NCBI GenBank assembly: GCA_030141605.1
Contig: JAQGDQ010002371.1
Span: 434,001 to 498,000 of the forward strand
DNA: 64,000 bases
Direction of reading: 5' to 3'
DNA from: Tubiluchus corallicola
Lineage: Eukaryota > Animalia > Priapulida
Within the stretch, counting starts at the first letter, position 1. Each line of letters starts with the position of its first letter. This document shows, one piece after another, positions 24,834 to 38,130 of this stretch. The notes under the pieces are model-generated. The model did not search any database and was not told where the DNA came from. It saw only the letters and a list, made by a program, of their open reading frames with translations. Both the position numbers and the translations under genes were made by a program.

Positions 24834-27800
24834 TTAATGGTAATGCTTTTTCATTGAAATGACACTTTTGAATAGTTTTGCAATGCGGGCCAAGAATTCA
24901 TAGATATGCTGTAAAATTTCAAAGGCATCACAGATTAAGGAAGCAGTTTGTTGTGCAAAGTTGATCAGAAAGTTGATTAAAGTTTCAAGTTGTTCTTCTG
25001 TTAAAGTGCATCTTTCCGTAAACACTGCACTAGGACAAGTTGACGCGGTTTCCTGTACGCTGACTGTCTCCATTGTTATATCACCCCATGTGAACAGAGT
25101 GCCGGTATTTGAACAACTCGTGCTCATTGCTTCTGAAATGAGGATTTTGGAAAATTTTCAATTACATTTGCTATTACCTAAAGTATAAATTCTTATATGA
25201 TATTCTATTCTAATTAAATGCACATCGTTCACTTCCCACAGTTCTACTTGCAGCTTTACTGATTATAATCTGCAGGGCCCGACTTAATTAGATAAGAGAG
25301 GCCCTTGACTGTTCTACTTGTGAGGTCCATCCCAATGCACCACCATCGATTACGACTATAGAAGGGGAAGAGTTTTAAGCACACTTTAGTGAAGCCGAGG
25401 ATGATGAATATCATAATGACACTTCTAAATACCGTAGTTAGTAAAAAAAATGCATAAATAAAAAAAAACAATGACAAAGTTTTGCAAAGATTTTAAAGAA
25501 TTATTAGGAATTTTTTAGAAAAATTAGCCTGCTAGTTTATCTTCAGGTGATACATAAACTGATATTTAAAAGTCTACTGCTCAGTTCGCTACAACTGGGG
25601 CAGAAACTGCCGTCAAACTGAAATAATAATTAGCTTGCTTCTGTCACATCACTAAAATAAATCTTCAGAAGTTATTAGAAAAGAATAATTCAGGGCGCAC
25701 CCAGAGATATTATTGAATAAAATAGAAGGCTTGTTTAGAAACTAGTGCACAATATGCATAGGAAAGACTTGTAACAGTAATAAGATAATTATACTTTACC
25801 CTTACCAGAACCGGCCCCCTCCCGGATTTAATGCCCCAGCTTCAGCTTGTCTAGTCTATAAGTAAATCCGACCCTGATAATCTGCATTTTCATATGCTAA
25901 TACTTTGATATGCCTTTCAGTTTACGACATTGTGACATGAACCGTAATGAATGCGAGCAGAATTTTTATCAATTTTGCATATCATAGTAAGAGTAATCGT
26001 TTTGTATATAAGTAAAATCTGCCACAGTAATTACAAACAGTTTGAGATAAATATAACAGCTTTACAATAAAAGAGTATCTCTTTTCCAGCTGAATAATTA
26101 GTTTATTTACCTATTACATTTTCCTCTAATTTGCTGTCAAATATCGTAATATCTGTAACACATCCTCGAAAGCTCTGTCGTTCTTCAAAGCCGCTTTCCA
26201 CATCGTCTTGGTCTTGCCCAAAAATCAGACATCCGCCTGATTGGATTGAATCTGCGCCAGCTCCAGTAAATGTACTTGTTTCTATCGTTAAATAATTAGT
26301 TAAAACTATGTACAATATGTAGCAAAAAAGACAAAATGCAAAGGCACTGCCACGCAAATATCATTGCTATAATTTGTAAGTGACAATACTTAAATGAGTT
26401 CACTTTGCAAAAACAACAGTCTATACTGAGAGAACAGAATGAATAGCTGCAGCGATCACAGGACGTGATTAAACTGAACTAGAAACACGTTATCCTAACT
26501 GGATAGTCCAATAGTTGCAAACTGTAACAATATTTTTTAATATAAATACAGGATAATTATATCTTTTGAATTAATTATTATTATCACTCTCAACTGTTTA
26601 TGTTTTTTAATCTTTAGCATACAAAATTCATTGAAATTAATTTATACATGTTACTTCATTGATTTCCAAATGTGAAAACTCAATGGCATATGTGTAGTAC
26701 GAGGTATTATTTAAGAAGCAAGAGCTAAGGAGCAAGAAGCAATAGGCGGAAATAAAATAATTATTCGTCTAGTATAATGAAAAAACTAAATGGAAGTACG
26801 TTAGCACGGACCTGTTACTCCATCCACTGTTACGCAAAACGAACCGTCCATTGACCAGCCAATGCAAACATAATGCCATTCATTGTCCCTCAGATTGGCT
26901 GCAATATCTGTAATCGTCCTGCCATTGTAAAATAACGTAACAGCGTTAACTGTGTATTAGTATTTAATAAAGTGTCATTGCAGCATTTACGTGGTAAACA
27001 TTTCTATTCTTTCACGGTTTATTTATAATTGAATTCCATTATAAACTTGACATTTCTGCGGCAAGTGTGGTAGTATGGATATTATAGGTAATTTGTTAGC
27101 GACAAGGAAACTGAAGATCATATTAGAACATGGTATGCCATTGTTGCTCTTACTGATAAAATTATTGTGCTATACTATCAAATTGCACTTATAAAAACCG
27201 ATACACCATAGAATTTCTATACCTAAGTGAAGTGTTGTTCCGACAGATCGGTTCCCGGTATTTGCGAAAAATGCGGGTTCGGTATCGGTTTTGAAGAAAA
27301 TAAAAAAATCTGTGTTGGTTTGGTATTGGTTTCGGGGAAAATAAAAAATCTGTGTCGGTTCGGATGGGTTTTTCGGGTTCGGAACAACACTAACGCTTAT
27401 ACATATTTCAACAAAAACTGTGAAGGTCTCTCGTTGCGTAATTACTTGATAGCATTAGCAGCAAGATGTTTAGACATGGACAGGTAAACATCTCCAGTTT
27501 TGAAAGATATTTCCAATTTTCCACTTGTGAACACAAATGTTAATAATCTGCATTTATAGCTGATCTAAACAATAATCAATGATCGGTTAATCGGTATCGG
27601 TTTTGAGGAAATCATTATCTACTTTCAAAGAAAATCAATAATATATCGATTCGATACTGGTTTTGAGAAAAATAGGTATCGGTTCGGATCGGTTTTTTCG
27701 GTTCGGAATAACACTCCATATGCCAGCAATAAGCTAGAATATAATGATGTTTCAATACATTTCTAGGTATTGTTATACTACTTTCAAATAGATCATAAAA

Positions 27801-28788
27801 TTACATAATTATAGCCCAATTTGAAAGTTAAGTTTTTCTTGGTGTACCTTTATTTTAGGCTGTACATCAACACATCATTAACGACTCATTTGCTTGAATT
27901 TCACATTTCTAAGAAAGTGTCAGAAAGAACTTTAACATTTGAAAAGTTTTGACAAACTGTGTGAGACAAAAGTATAGAAGTTTTGAGAAAAGTCTGAAAA
28001 AGATCAAAGGAAAAGTTTTATTGTGAAAGAAATAGAATCCTATGTTAGTAGTTCGTAGTATAATCTCACTGTAGTTCTCCATTGACAAATACAAGAATGT
28101 CGTTTCCTCGAACTAAGACTAAAAACTGGTTAGATGCATCAGCCGGACCAGTAGCATATGATATAAGTGCAATGTCGTCATCTTTGGCCACAGTATCACC
28201 AGTAAATGGGACATCAGTTTTCATCCACTAGAAAATTACATTTATAGTGATATTAGAGATAGCTGGCGATAGGCAATAATGCCCCACTAGTCTTTATTCA
28301 CGAGGTTATAGGTAAAATAATCGAATGCAGCATTTAAATTAAATTAATAAAACCATTACAGTCCATTTGTTCAGTCACAAAATAGATAACAGACTGTCAG
28401 TTCACTAGATTGTCAAAAAGATTCGAGATTTGTGTGATTGCATCTTAGTAAAACATTATTTGCCTTGAGATTTATGTGTAATCCCACAGTATAACATAGT
28501 AAGTGATGAGTGAGAAGCTAGCAACATTTGTTGAAAACCTATAGTCTTCATCTCTTTACCCTTCGGAACCATAGTGGACGACTATGACTAGGATAAAATC
28601 ATTTCAGCAGCCTCGGCTTACTTTATGTTCATCTGATTTTTTTACAGAAATGAGGCTTACCATGCATGTTGTCATGGCGTCCAAATCAGTAGTGATTACA
28701 TTATTTAGTTTTATATAATCTTCTGTACCACGTTCCGGAAATACAACCATAGCCTCTTCTGTAGTGTTTGTACAAGTTGGGGTCAGAC
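24834..28788 (-). CDS. Pentraxin-domain protein, copy A, with C-terminal helical extension
   Basis: In-phase exons: 28788-28661 (LTPTC...MVVFPERGTEDYIKL...LDAMTTCM), 28227-28070 (WMKTD...LISYAT...SNQFLV), 26918-26812 (LRDNEWHYVCIGWS), 26281-26111 (IQSGGCLIFGQDQDDVESGFEERQSFRGCVTDITIFD), 25132-24834 (...CSNTGTLFTW...KKHYH*). These are classic pentraxin motifs. Confidence 0.88.
25273..25876. mobile_element. hAT-family MITE with 8-bp TSD in a pentraxin A intron (duplicated at 57420-58013)
   Basis: ATAATCTG|CAGGGCCCGACTTA...TAAATCCGACCCTG|ATAATCTG. Confidence 0.85.
27231..27714. mobile_element. MITE with AGTGTTGTTCCGA TIRs and (T)CGGTT subterminal repeats (also at about 59378-59870)
   Basis: AGTGTTGTTCCGA...TCGGAACAACACT ending at 27391, and a second right end TCGGAATAACACT at about 27714. 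Confidence 0.6.
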
Positions 28789-29189
28789 CTACAACAAAAT
28801 GCCTGTAATCTGATGATTCTGATTGCACTGAGGTGACATTGTGATTGATTCGGCATGCTCATGCCCAACTGAACAATAACGAAGAACACATTGGGACCAC
28901 TGGGACACTTAATTGCAAGCACATCACCTTAATATAATATGTCACATTCAGCTACAGTTTATCTTCTAGTTAGGTCCAGTGAGTAGCACGTTACCATATG
29001 CTGTCAGACTTACGTGCTAGGACTGCCAACCCTGAGTCCCGTCCATCGATTAGATTTTTTGAATCCCGTCCGTCTCCATAGTCCATCTCCGTTTCCGTGC
29101 TAAGAATGGCTAACTAAAAGCTGTTCTTTTTAACTTCTAAATGAGTGTTCTTTCGAGGCAGATTTTTGTTTTTAGTCATAGTAGAGGTT

Positions 29190-30865
29190 CTGTGCTGAAG
29201 TGTGCGCAAATTAAAAGAAATTTCTAGAAAATTAACATTAAATGACATCTATTCCAAGGCTGTTGGACTCGTGGAACCCATTTCTGTAACTTTCATTTCA
29301 AGAATGACGACCGCTTTCAAAATGGCCGCCATTAGACTAGAAGAAAATCATGAAAGGTGCTTCTATAAATTTCTAGAGGCATTTTTTCTAAAAGTGGGCA
29401 ACATAGCCAGTTTTAGCAAAAACCTGTTGCTGGCTTGAAAAACTAATGGAAAATGGTAAAAAATGCAAAAAATACAATGGCTGCAAAGTTTTTGCGCACA
29501 CAATGTAAATCAAAACAAGTTCCCTGAAAATTGATATTATGAAGTGATGATGACATCTATTCCATTGAATTTGCAACCCGTTTCTGTTATTTTTGTTACA
29601 GAAATGGTCACGGTTTTCAAAATGGCTGCCATACAAAAATAAATTGTGCCGATTAATTATATTACCTGTTTCACCTAAAGATTTATTATAAAAATATAAG
29701 GCAGGTTATTTTTATTAATTCGACATTGACTCTAAATACTGCTAGACTAATAACTAATATTTAGATGTGAGCAAAAAGGAAATTTTTGCATGCCGTGTAA
29801 AAGTTATAAAAATTTCGCGGAATGCTAGAATGTCAAGGTGATTAATTTTGGATAAAAAGTCTTCCAATATGGGCGCTATTTTCAAGATGGCCAACATGGT
29901 TCGCTGGCATATAAAGATTATATTACATAAAACTCAAACCCATCAAAGTGATCAATTTTGGATATGAGGCCAGACGAAAATCATTCAATATTGCCACGAT
30001 TTCAAAATTGCTAAGAAGATGGAAGGCTGTTGCCAATTTTTTAAAGCCGTATCTTAGCTACTAGAGCTTAAGTGTTTTAAGCTTTATTTATGGCTTGCTT
30101 GACCCCTGCATGACACCAAAGTCTTCTCATCTGTTCTAATGGTTAAGATATATAGCCTCTACATGCTAGCGAGCCATCGTGCTGGTCATCTTGAAAATGG
30201 CACCCATATTGAAGAATTTTTTATCCAAAATTAGTTACCTTGACATTCTAGCATTCTGCTAAATTTATAACCTTTACACGAAATGAACAATTTTGCTGGA
30301 CTATACGTCAAGCACGTCAGCGACAGCCATTATCTTTTTTGCTCATTTCTTATTATTAGTTATTAGTCTAACAGTATTTAGAGTCACAAGGTCGGCCGTT
30401 TTGTTTTTTACTTATTGGGCTGTTTGAATGGCTTTGTATTACTTTCATACTAGTAGCAGCTATCTAGATTCGAGAAGATCCAGTTGATTGGTTTTTGTTT
30501 ATTTAATAAATCTATGATAAAACAGTTAATGTAATTGCATGATCGGCATTATTGCTTGGCAGCAATTTTGAAAACGGTAATTATCTTTGAAATGAAAATG
30601 ACAGAAATGAGTTCCTCGCGTCCAACTGGATCCTTGGAATAGCTGTCATGTTGCCTTCTTAATGTTAATTTTGTAAACATTTCTCTTAATTTACGTTGTT
30701 TGCGCAAAAACTTAGCGGCCATGTTGTTTTTTGCGTTTAGCCCTTTCCGCTAATTTTTCGAGATGGCAACAAGTTTTTCGGATTCAGTGTAGTTAAATTG
30801 ATAAGACTGGCTATGTTGCCCATTTATAAAAAAGCGCCTCTAATGTTCCACTTTTCTGAAAGTGA
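29190..30865. mobile_element. Foldback-like non-autonomous element with long diverged inverted arms (also at about 61400-63065)
   Basis: About 29200-29335 is inverted to about 30555-30695, and about 29725-29915 is inverted to about 30160-30385. Repeated AAAATGGCxGCC motifs. Confidence 0.6.
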
Positions 30866-32536
30866 GACTAGACTATATATGCTTTTCCTAGTTACCCTTT
30901 ATATGTAAATCGCATTTAGAATTTATCCAAAATTTTACCACACTAGGCTTATTTGCGGTAAGTTTCATTTTAACGAAAATGTATAAAGCTGTAGCCCTTT
31001 AACTGCATGCAAGTCATTACACATGCAGAAAAACGTGTAACATGATAAAATGTTTAAGGACATCACAATAAGCACTGTAGATACACATTCGTGGAAATGT
31101 ATAAGCATGTGGAAGTGTATAACATTTGTGTAATCCTTATGTATTACTAAGTATATTAAATTAAGTACACTATTAAAGGGAAACATTAATATTAAACATA
31201 CTTTTGCATTTAATTTTAAATTCAACGAATTTAGCATAAAACCTTTCTTCTAAATTAAGTCTATTATACACGTACATCGACTAATGTTAAAAATATTCAC
31301 ATATTACGTGTTACGTAATTCTATCTGCGTCAGCCTGATACACGTATAGATGTGTCTACTTAATCAGGTCTACTTACTTTGAAGATCTGTCACAGAAGAT
31401 TCCACGAAGCTTTTATACTGAGTTAGATCGCTTTGTATAGAATTATATCTCGGGAAAGTGAATCTTGTAGGATCATATCGATCGGTACCTATGCAGTTAA
31501 CATAATCAAAATGTAGCTTCAGTGAAACAATACTAAAAATTGATTGATGTTTTCAAGCTGAAAAACATAACAATATTTTATCAGTCTTCCTATGACTGCA
31601 GATAACCGCTGAAAAAGCAAAAAACTCGCAGTTACCCTGGTTTACAACTTTATATTACAAAAGATAGTAACCAGAATCCGGAAGAGCCAATGGCTAGTTC
31701 GATATTACTGTTACTGAAGTAGCGTTACTATGGCTTCACACTTGGTCTGTAATCTAAAAGGGAGGCTTGCTCTAAATAAATAATACGCTAATACTTCATG
31801 ATATCAACTATCGATTATTTAAATTCATGTAATTCATGTTGTCAACAAATGAAATCGTTTATCTGCTTCTTCATGGTAATCAACACTTAAGTATATCTGT
31901 TAATATTCAAGTATTTAAGCTTGTAAAGAAATTTATATTTCTAACTAAGCTCTAATAGTTACTGTACTAGTTTACATTGATTACATAGTAACATTAATGT
32001 CTTTCTCAACATTATTCTATGTATATATTTATGCTAGTAGTCATACTGTAATGCTTCTACTGTTTGTCTATTACCTGCACTCTACTAAGTGTCACATTTC
32101 ATTGGTGAGAACATTTAGCAGTTGTTAAAAACTGTCTGTTCAAGCCATATTGCAATATTTCTTATTCAACAAAATATGTTTAAACTGTAAATGTAAAAAT
32201 TTACAGTGTGTAAATGTAAAAACTTTAAATGGCAGTAACCGCCGAAAGCCAATTATCGAAATTGAAAGTATTAGCAAATACAACCGGGCCTATTCTGTTC
32301 TACTATGTACTATACCATGTGTGGATGTAAAAATTTGCACACTGAATTTTGCTAAAGCATTTTCTGTTTATTTTATTTTCGTTTTCCAGTTTTCGTGTTT
32401 CACGTGAATGAATTTTACTGTAAATCATGTATCTCTGTGTCTCCTTCCCATTTGTTTGGTTGTTTAATTTATACCAATCGTTTATTTATTTTTGATTCAG
32501 GAAAAAACTAAATGACTTGATTTCGTCAATACTTAC

Positions 32537-32630
32537 GTCGTGTATGAATCTTTACGGATGGATGTGCGCTTGATTCGGCAATAAAGGTCATTAAAATAAC
32601 TGCTGCAGTATTCAAAATTGTACAGCTGAA
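32537..32630 (-). CDS. Probable signal-peptide exon of pentraxin copy A
   Basis: tttttatgtag acceptor, FSCTILNTAAVILMTFIAESSA-HPSVKIHTR, gtaagt donor in phase 1 (compatible with the 28788 acceptor). Hydrophobic core plus S-x-A cleavage motif. The ATG must come from an unlocated upstream exon. Confidence 0.5.
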
Positions 32631-33053
32631 CTACATAAAAATAGATGCGCAAAATTGTATATTAGCTAAATGACAGATTATAAACGTGCTGTCACGAAAA
32701 AAGAACAGTGGCATATTAGCTCACCTAAAACAGATTGCATAAAGAGGTAGTTGAATAAAAACATGTACAATAGTATACATCAATGGTAGACTGAAATTTT
32801 GTTCTAAAACTAAAACTAACCGAAAGAAAAAAATCGTCAAGGTCCAGTTTCAGAAGCAATGCGCTATGCTCGAGCTCAATTCAAATATTCTCCCCGAGCA
32901 TGTAAGAGGCTATTGTTGCTGACCGGATAGCCTACAGATGTATGCACTGTAATTCATATCAATTTGGGCATCCATTAAAAAGGAGTCGAATTCTAAGCAA
33001 CTCTCCTCTCGTCCCGCATTGGGCAAACCACTGGCGAAAAGCAAATATGTGAT

Positions 33054-34324
33054 ATGTGGAAGAACCACTACCAGGCACTTCTTAATTCTGTTGACAATTA
33101 CGATCTACCAATTAGGCTAAAGGAATCTCTGACTACCACCCTAAACAATGCTCCTGCAATCACTGTAAGAGAGGTTCAGGATGCCATGTCTAGCCTGTCT
33201 CACCACAAAAGTCCAGGCCCTGATCGGCTCCAAGCGGAATATTATACATACGCAACTGGGCTTCTACCCATATTGCTAGCTTTAATTTATATATCTTGCA
33301 TTGCTCATAGTTTTCCAAATGCACTCATGCTCTAAGTACTTGTGGCTCTTGTTAAAAACAACAACAATGATATCACGGACGTAAACAATTTCAGGCCCAT
33401 AGCTCTATCACCCATCAGTAATAAAATTCTTGAATATGTGTTACTCTATCAATATAAACATTGTATTCATGCTACACCAAACCAGTTTGGCTTCGTAGAC
33501 AAGTTGGGAACCGAATTCTGTATCAAAGTTTTAAAGAAATCATTGATTACTATATTTCCAGGCAAAGCACTGTGCACATTATTTTTATTGATGCGTCAAA
33601 AGCGCATGACCGTGTTAATTATTTCAAATTATTTTTTGAACTGTTAACCACCGAAAGGCCCAAAGTTATTATTCGTCTTTTACTTTTTTATTATACAAAA
33701 CAAAGTGTGTTAATTAGGTGGGGACGATACCAATCTAGTATATTTAACATTGGTAACAGTGTTCGTCAGAGAGGTATTATGTCTCCTATGTTATTTAACT
33801 TTTTGTTTAACTCTGTTATTTAACCGTCAGAGGGTTAGCTCTTCACAGTATGGTTGTCACATTGCTCATCTATTTACGAATCATCTGATGTATGCAGTTG
33901 ATGTCTGCTTATTAGCCACAACCACAACTGCACCTCAAAAACTCATTGATATACACATTTATTATGCTAAACAGCATAACATTATTATTAATGTCGAGAA
34001 GACTAAATTGGTCTCGACAAAGTCACCTGTTCATCTGTTTTTAAAAAAGTGGCGAATGGCTCCTGAGAAGGAACTTTGATAAAGCCCTCAAAACAGGAGA
34101 AATGCTTAGGGCATATAGTTTCTGATAATAATGCAAATGATCTTGACATTATTAAACAAAGAACAATTTATTATTCTAGGGCCAACCAATTAATTAGACG
34201 TTTTGGCAATTGCTCACTTGCTGTCAAGAAGTATCTTTTTAATTCTACTGCTTCATGGCGCCATTACAATTTATACAGTCAGAGGAAATTAAAAGTGCCT
34301 ACGTTAAATTTGTTTCACTTGTGA
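33054..34324 (+). pseudogene. Decayed non-LTR retrotransposon (LINE) reverse transcriptase
   Basis: Successive frameshifted ORFs give KSPGPD, NFRPIAL, NQFGF, FIDASKAHDRV, VRQRGIMSPMLFN, LMYAVDVCLL (degenerate YADD), INVEKTK and CLGH. Confidence 0.9.
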
Positions 34325-35532
34325 AATCAGTTAATTAAACCTAATCAGAAAGACGGTCAGAAGAATATCGCAAACGCAGATCCAGGGCTTCAGCGTTTTT
34401 TTCTGTGCAAACCAGCATCCTACACACAAAGGCAGAGCTTTTCAAATCTCGGTGATTTATCAAACCAATTTACTTGATGCACACGCATACACAGCAGTTC
34501 TCACAGTTTTGAAACACAAACTTTGAGAACGTAAGCTCTACTTGTAGTGGCTTCAAGGACGTCTGCCGCACTTGCGCTTTTAGCTAGCTAGTATAGTAGA
34601 ATTAGTATTCCAACTTTGTTTTTTAAACACTTTTAACTGCAGTTTGTTTTCAGCAAACTAAAAGCAAATTACACATCAATAATGTTTGCGTTGTTCCAAT
34701 ATATTTGAACTGGAGGAATAATTCTTTCGACCTACCTTTAAACTGGTTTTAAACTCAAAAAATACAAACACCATTATTGATTTATTGCTTGGTATTTATT
34801 TTGCTGACAGAACTCTAGAATAGCCTCTATATCAGACTCACAGGTCAACACTGATAGTGTATTAGGGTACAAACTTCGTTCTAGGCATTGGCTAATATGC
34901 AGGAAAATAAATGCAAATCGGTTGATAAGAATCTTTGAAAATTACTGAAAAGAAAGATTACAATTGATAATTGTAAGATATTCCCTGTTGGTGCTAACAG
35001 TAGAGCCTTTTGCAGGTTAGTAGGTATACGTCCCTTTTTAAGATTTAGGTTGGCTATTATTTATTTGTTATTGTATTCAAGACCGTGAAAACAAAAAATA
35101 CGGAACTAAGTGAGTATTATCCAATGTTCACTTCCTTATTAAATTTACGCAGATGAAGTATAGAGTAAGCGGTATATAATAAGGCATCTCAAACATAGAA
35201 ACAGGGTATAGGTATATCTCTTACAGAACACCCCTTTCCCACACACAGGGTCTGTGTTTTTATTGTAAAACTCTGCAGCACAGAGCTACTTTTAATGCAT
35301 TTTTGCTGCTAAACAGAATGATCTATCGATGTCTTAAAGCAGTACATGTACTGTATTTGCTTACAATCTGGTCGTAATTAGAATGGCCTAAATTGTTCTG
35401 ACTGAAATTCGATAAAGTCTTAAAATTTTATGACAAGCTGTGAGAAATTTCCTCAACTTAACATTTCTCTATCTAATGAATAGGTCGGTGAGGTCAATTG
35501 TTGAAACACAGCAAGTCGACAGTGTGGCTGTA

Positions 35533-36510
35533 AACAGGTATAAGAAAAAGTGGCGCAGATAAAAATGGCACATGAAAAAATGCCATAAATGGAAAAATAG
35601 AAAAATGTGTCATATGTTATTTTGATGCATTTGATTTCTGTAATAAAACCAGAAGGCGCTTTCAGTAGGAATCTTTACGCCAAAGCCTGTTCTATGCCAA
35701 AACCGAATAACCCTAAACTTGTTCTCTAATTTTTTTTTGATTAAAAAACTTAAAACAAAGATGAACAAGCAAACATACAAAAATGTATCTGTATTGGTAT
35801 TATATAGACTAGCAAAAATTTGGCGAAGTTAATAGATTGACATACATACGTACTTAGATGGCAAGTCAGCTTATAAGACTATACACATCGAAAAATCTAG
35901 ACCTAGATCTAGATTTAAATCTAGCAAGTGAGAATGTCTCTCGGAACTTGGAACTAACTAAATCTAGCTGAGACCTACACGAAGTGCTTCACGAATGTTT
36001 TTTGTAACTGGTGTTAGGATCGAGTTTTGCGAAAACAATCTAGATCTAGATTTAGCAAGCGAGTATTTCTCTAAATAGAACCTAGACCTAACTGATATTT
36101 GTGTGTCCTAGCGGAGATAATAAAAAAGAAGTATTAAACACTCCATCTGAGACCTCCACGAAGTGCTTCACAAATGCTTTTTGTAGATGGTGTTACGATC
36201 GACTTTTGCCAAAAAAGTGCCCATTTTGGCATCCTATACAAAGTTTCGTGTAAATTTCTTTACTTAGTTTTTGCGTAATACTATGTTTAGTGTTTAGGCT
36301 TACTATGACCGACAAAAAACTACCAAACAACCCCCACGGTGTTGAAGCATAACTTCCTTGGCAGAGGTAAAAATAAGTAAAATAATAATCCTTTTCAGTA
36401 ACCCTAACCCTAAACTCATATTTTACTAAAAGTGTCATTTTCTTTGTGCCATATATTTACCATGCTGTTTTTACTGTGCTATTTTTCATAGGACATTTTT
36501 ACCTACATTC
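35533..36510. mobile_element. Composite TIR element (AAAAATGGCAC subterminal repeats) containing a Helentron/DINE-like core
   Basis: Homologous to 48598-49491 and to the fragment at 14459-14706. The inner unit 35645-36373 runs AAACCAGAAGGCGC...GCATAACTTCCTTGGCAGAGGTAA and is followed by TAACCC repeats. Family assignment is inference. Confidence 0.55.
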
Positions 36511-38130
36511 AGTTGGCATAATTAACCTGTAACTACATTTTTTGTTGCCTGTCGTTGGACGAAAGCCTCTAATGTGAAAAGAATTGGTTGTCTTTTAATA
36601 TTTTTGAAATTCACCACATTAAGCACTTTTCCCTTCATTTCTTAAAATCTTCAGAGACTGTTATGAATCCTTGCTGACGCTTCGCGTATACAGTGGCCCA
36701 ACGTGGCGTTTTTATCCTACTATTGTTACTGTTTACAATTTAAATGTATTTTAACTGGTATTCTGGAGCAGTTTGATAAGACGCAATATGAAGTATGAAG
36801 CTCGACATCTTCTAGTGTTGCGACCTGTTGAAACATCATAGCTCGCTTGTTATCTCTAAATTCTACACATTTTCTGAAGATGCTAAATGACTGTGTAGTT
36901 ATAACACCTTTATTTGTACTAGAATTTAAAATACATGGTACACGAGCAAAAATGAAAATGCAAAAGTCAGACTCTGTAAATTTTTATTTACTGAAATTCA
37001 TACGACCTCTATCCTTCCAGAACTTTGGATAAAAATGTACAAGTGTTTTTTAAATGAGTACCTAACAGCCATAAAAAAATCAATTGACAATGTTACTATA
37101 GGCATCTCCATTTTAATTATAATGTCTAGACCTAGGTCTAGACGTACTAAGGCCCCTCCCAATTTGTCTAAGTTCGTCAGAAATTCTGTAAATTAGCGAA
37201 GCTGTTTTCTTGGCAATGCCAGTGATGAAGTCAAAGAGTATTTCTAACTCCTTTTCTCTCAGAGCGCATACTCTTTCCATTTCAATTGGTCCAGGGCACG
37301 TAGATTGACCTTTCATCAAACCACCAATAAGCTGCATAACTGGGTCTTCCCAATTAAAGATGTATGAGTCATCATTATTTAAACAGGACTCCGTCATCGA
37401 ATCTGAAAAAATGTTTTAATCTTATTAAACTGCTATTATGTTCAATTCTAAATCAATTTCGTGACACATGACAGATGCGAATATACTGGAGCAGTTCAAG
37501 CGCGAAGAAATGAATACTTATTTAGTAAGAACTGTGATTACAATATTATATAGTTTAGAAGTTTATGGAACGTTCGTCTTTAGCTGGTCAGAAATTCACT
37601 TGAGGATGATTTCATTAAGTTGAAAATAGAACTTGCATCACTGAAACTCAACAAATAAAGGCTTAAGGTGCAGTCATAACCGCCCAGATGCAATTTTCTT
37701 AACGATACTCATCCGTTTGGTAAACTGGTTCAGTAGTGCTGAACTTTCGTAACTAAGCACACCGGTACCCATGTCTAAATTATATACATTATCGTGACGC
37801 AATTACAATGATAATAACTTATTAAACTTTCAAGCAATTTAAGCGGTGTTACTTAGTTACTACTTTAATCAGTATGATAATTTCACAAAAAACATTTAGG
37901 CCTATTATCTTTATTCGTACGTAGCACTCTAAGTTGGAAAAAATTGAATCCAGATCTGATGCCGTAATATTTCTTCAGACATTTCTTAATCCATCAGGTA
38001 CTTTATCAAACATAAAAACATTTTCAAATGGCCCCTTTAACCCTGACCTATTCATTTGTTTGTGACTTTGCCACGAGCATATTACTTTGTTTTAGGGACC
38101 TTTGTGAAGGGTAATGACAGGGAGAAAATC

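Larger units (their letters stand above)
23440..31813 (+). repeat. Segmental duplication, copy A (matches 55687-64000)
   Basis: Collinear near-identity with scattered SNPs and small indels across exons, introns and embedded MITEs. Offset about 32.2 kb. Confidence 0.95.

Noticed and set aside
36398-36415. TAACCC repeats as an interstitial telomere (also about 49330)
   Set aside because: Only 2-3 units, at the same position within a dispersed repeat family.
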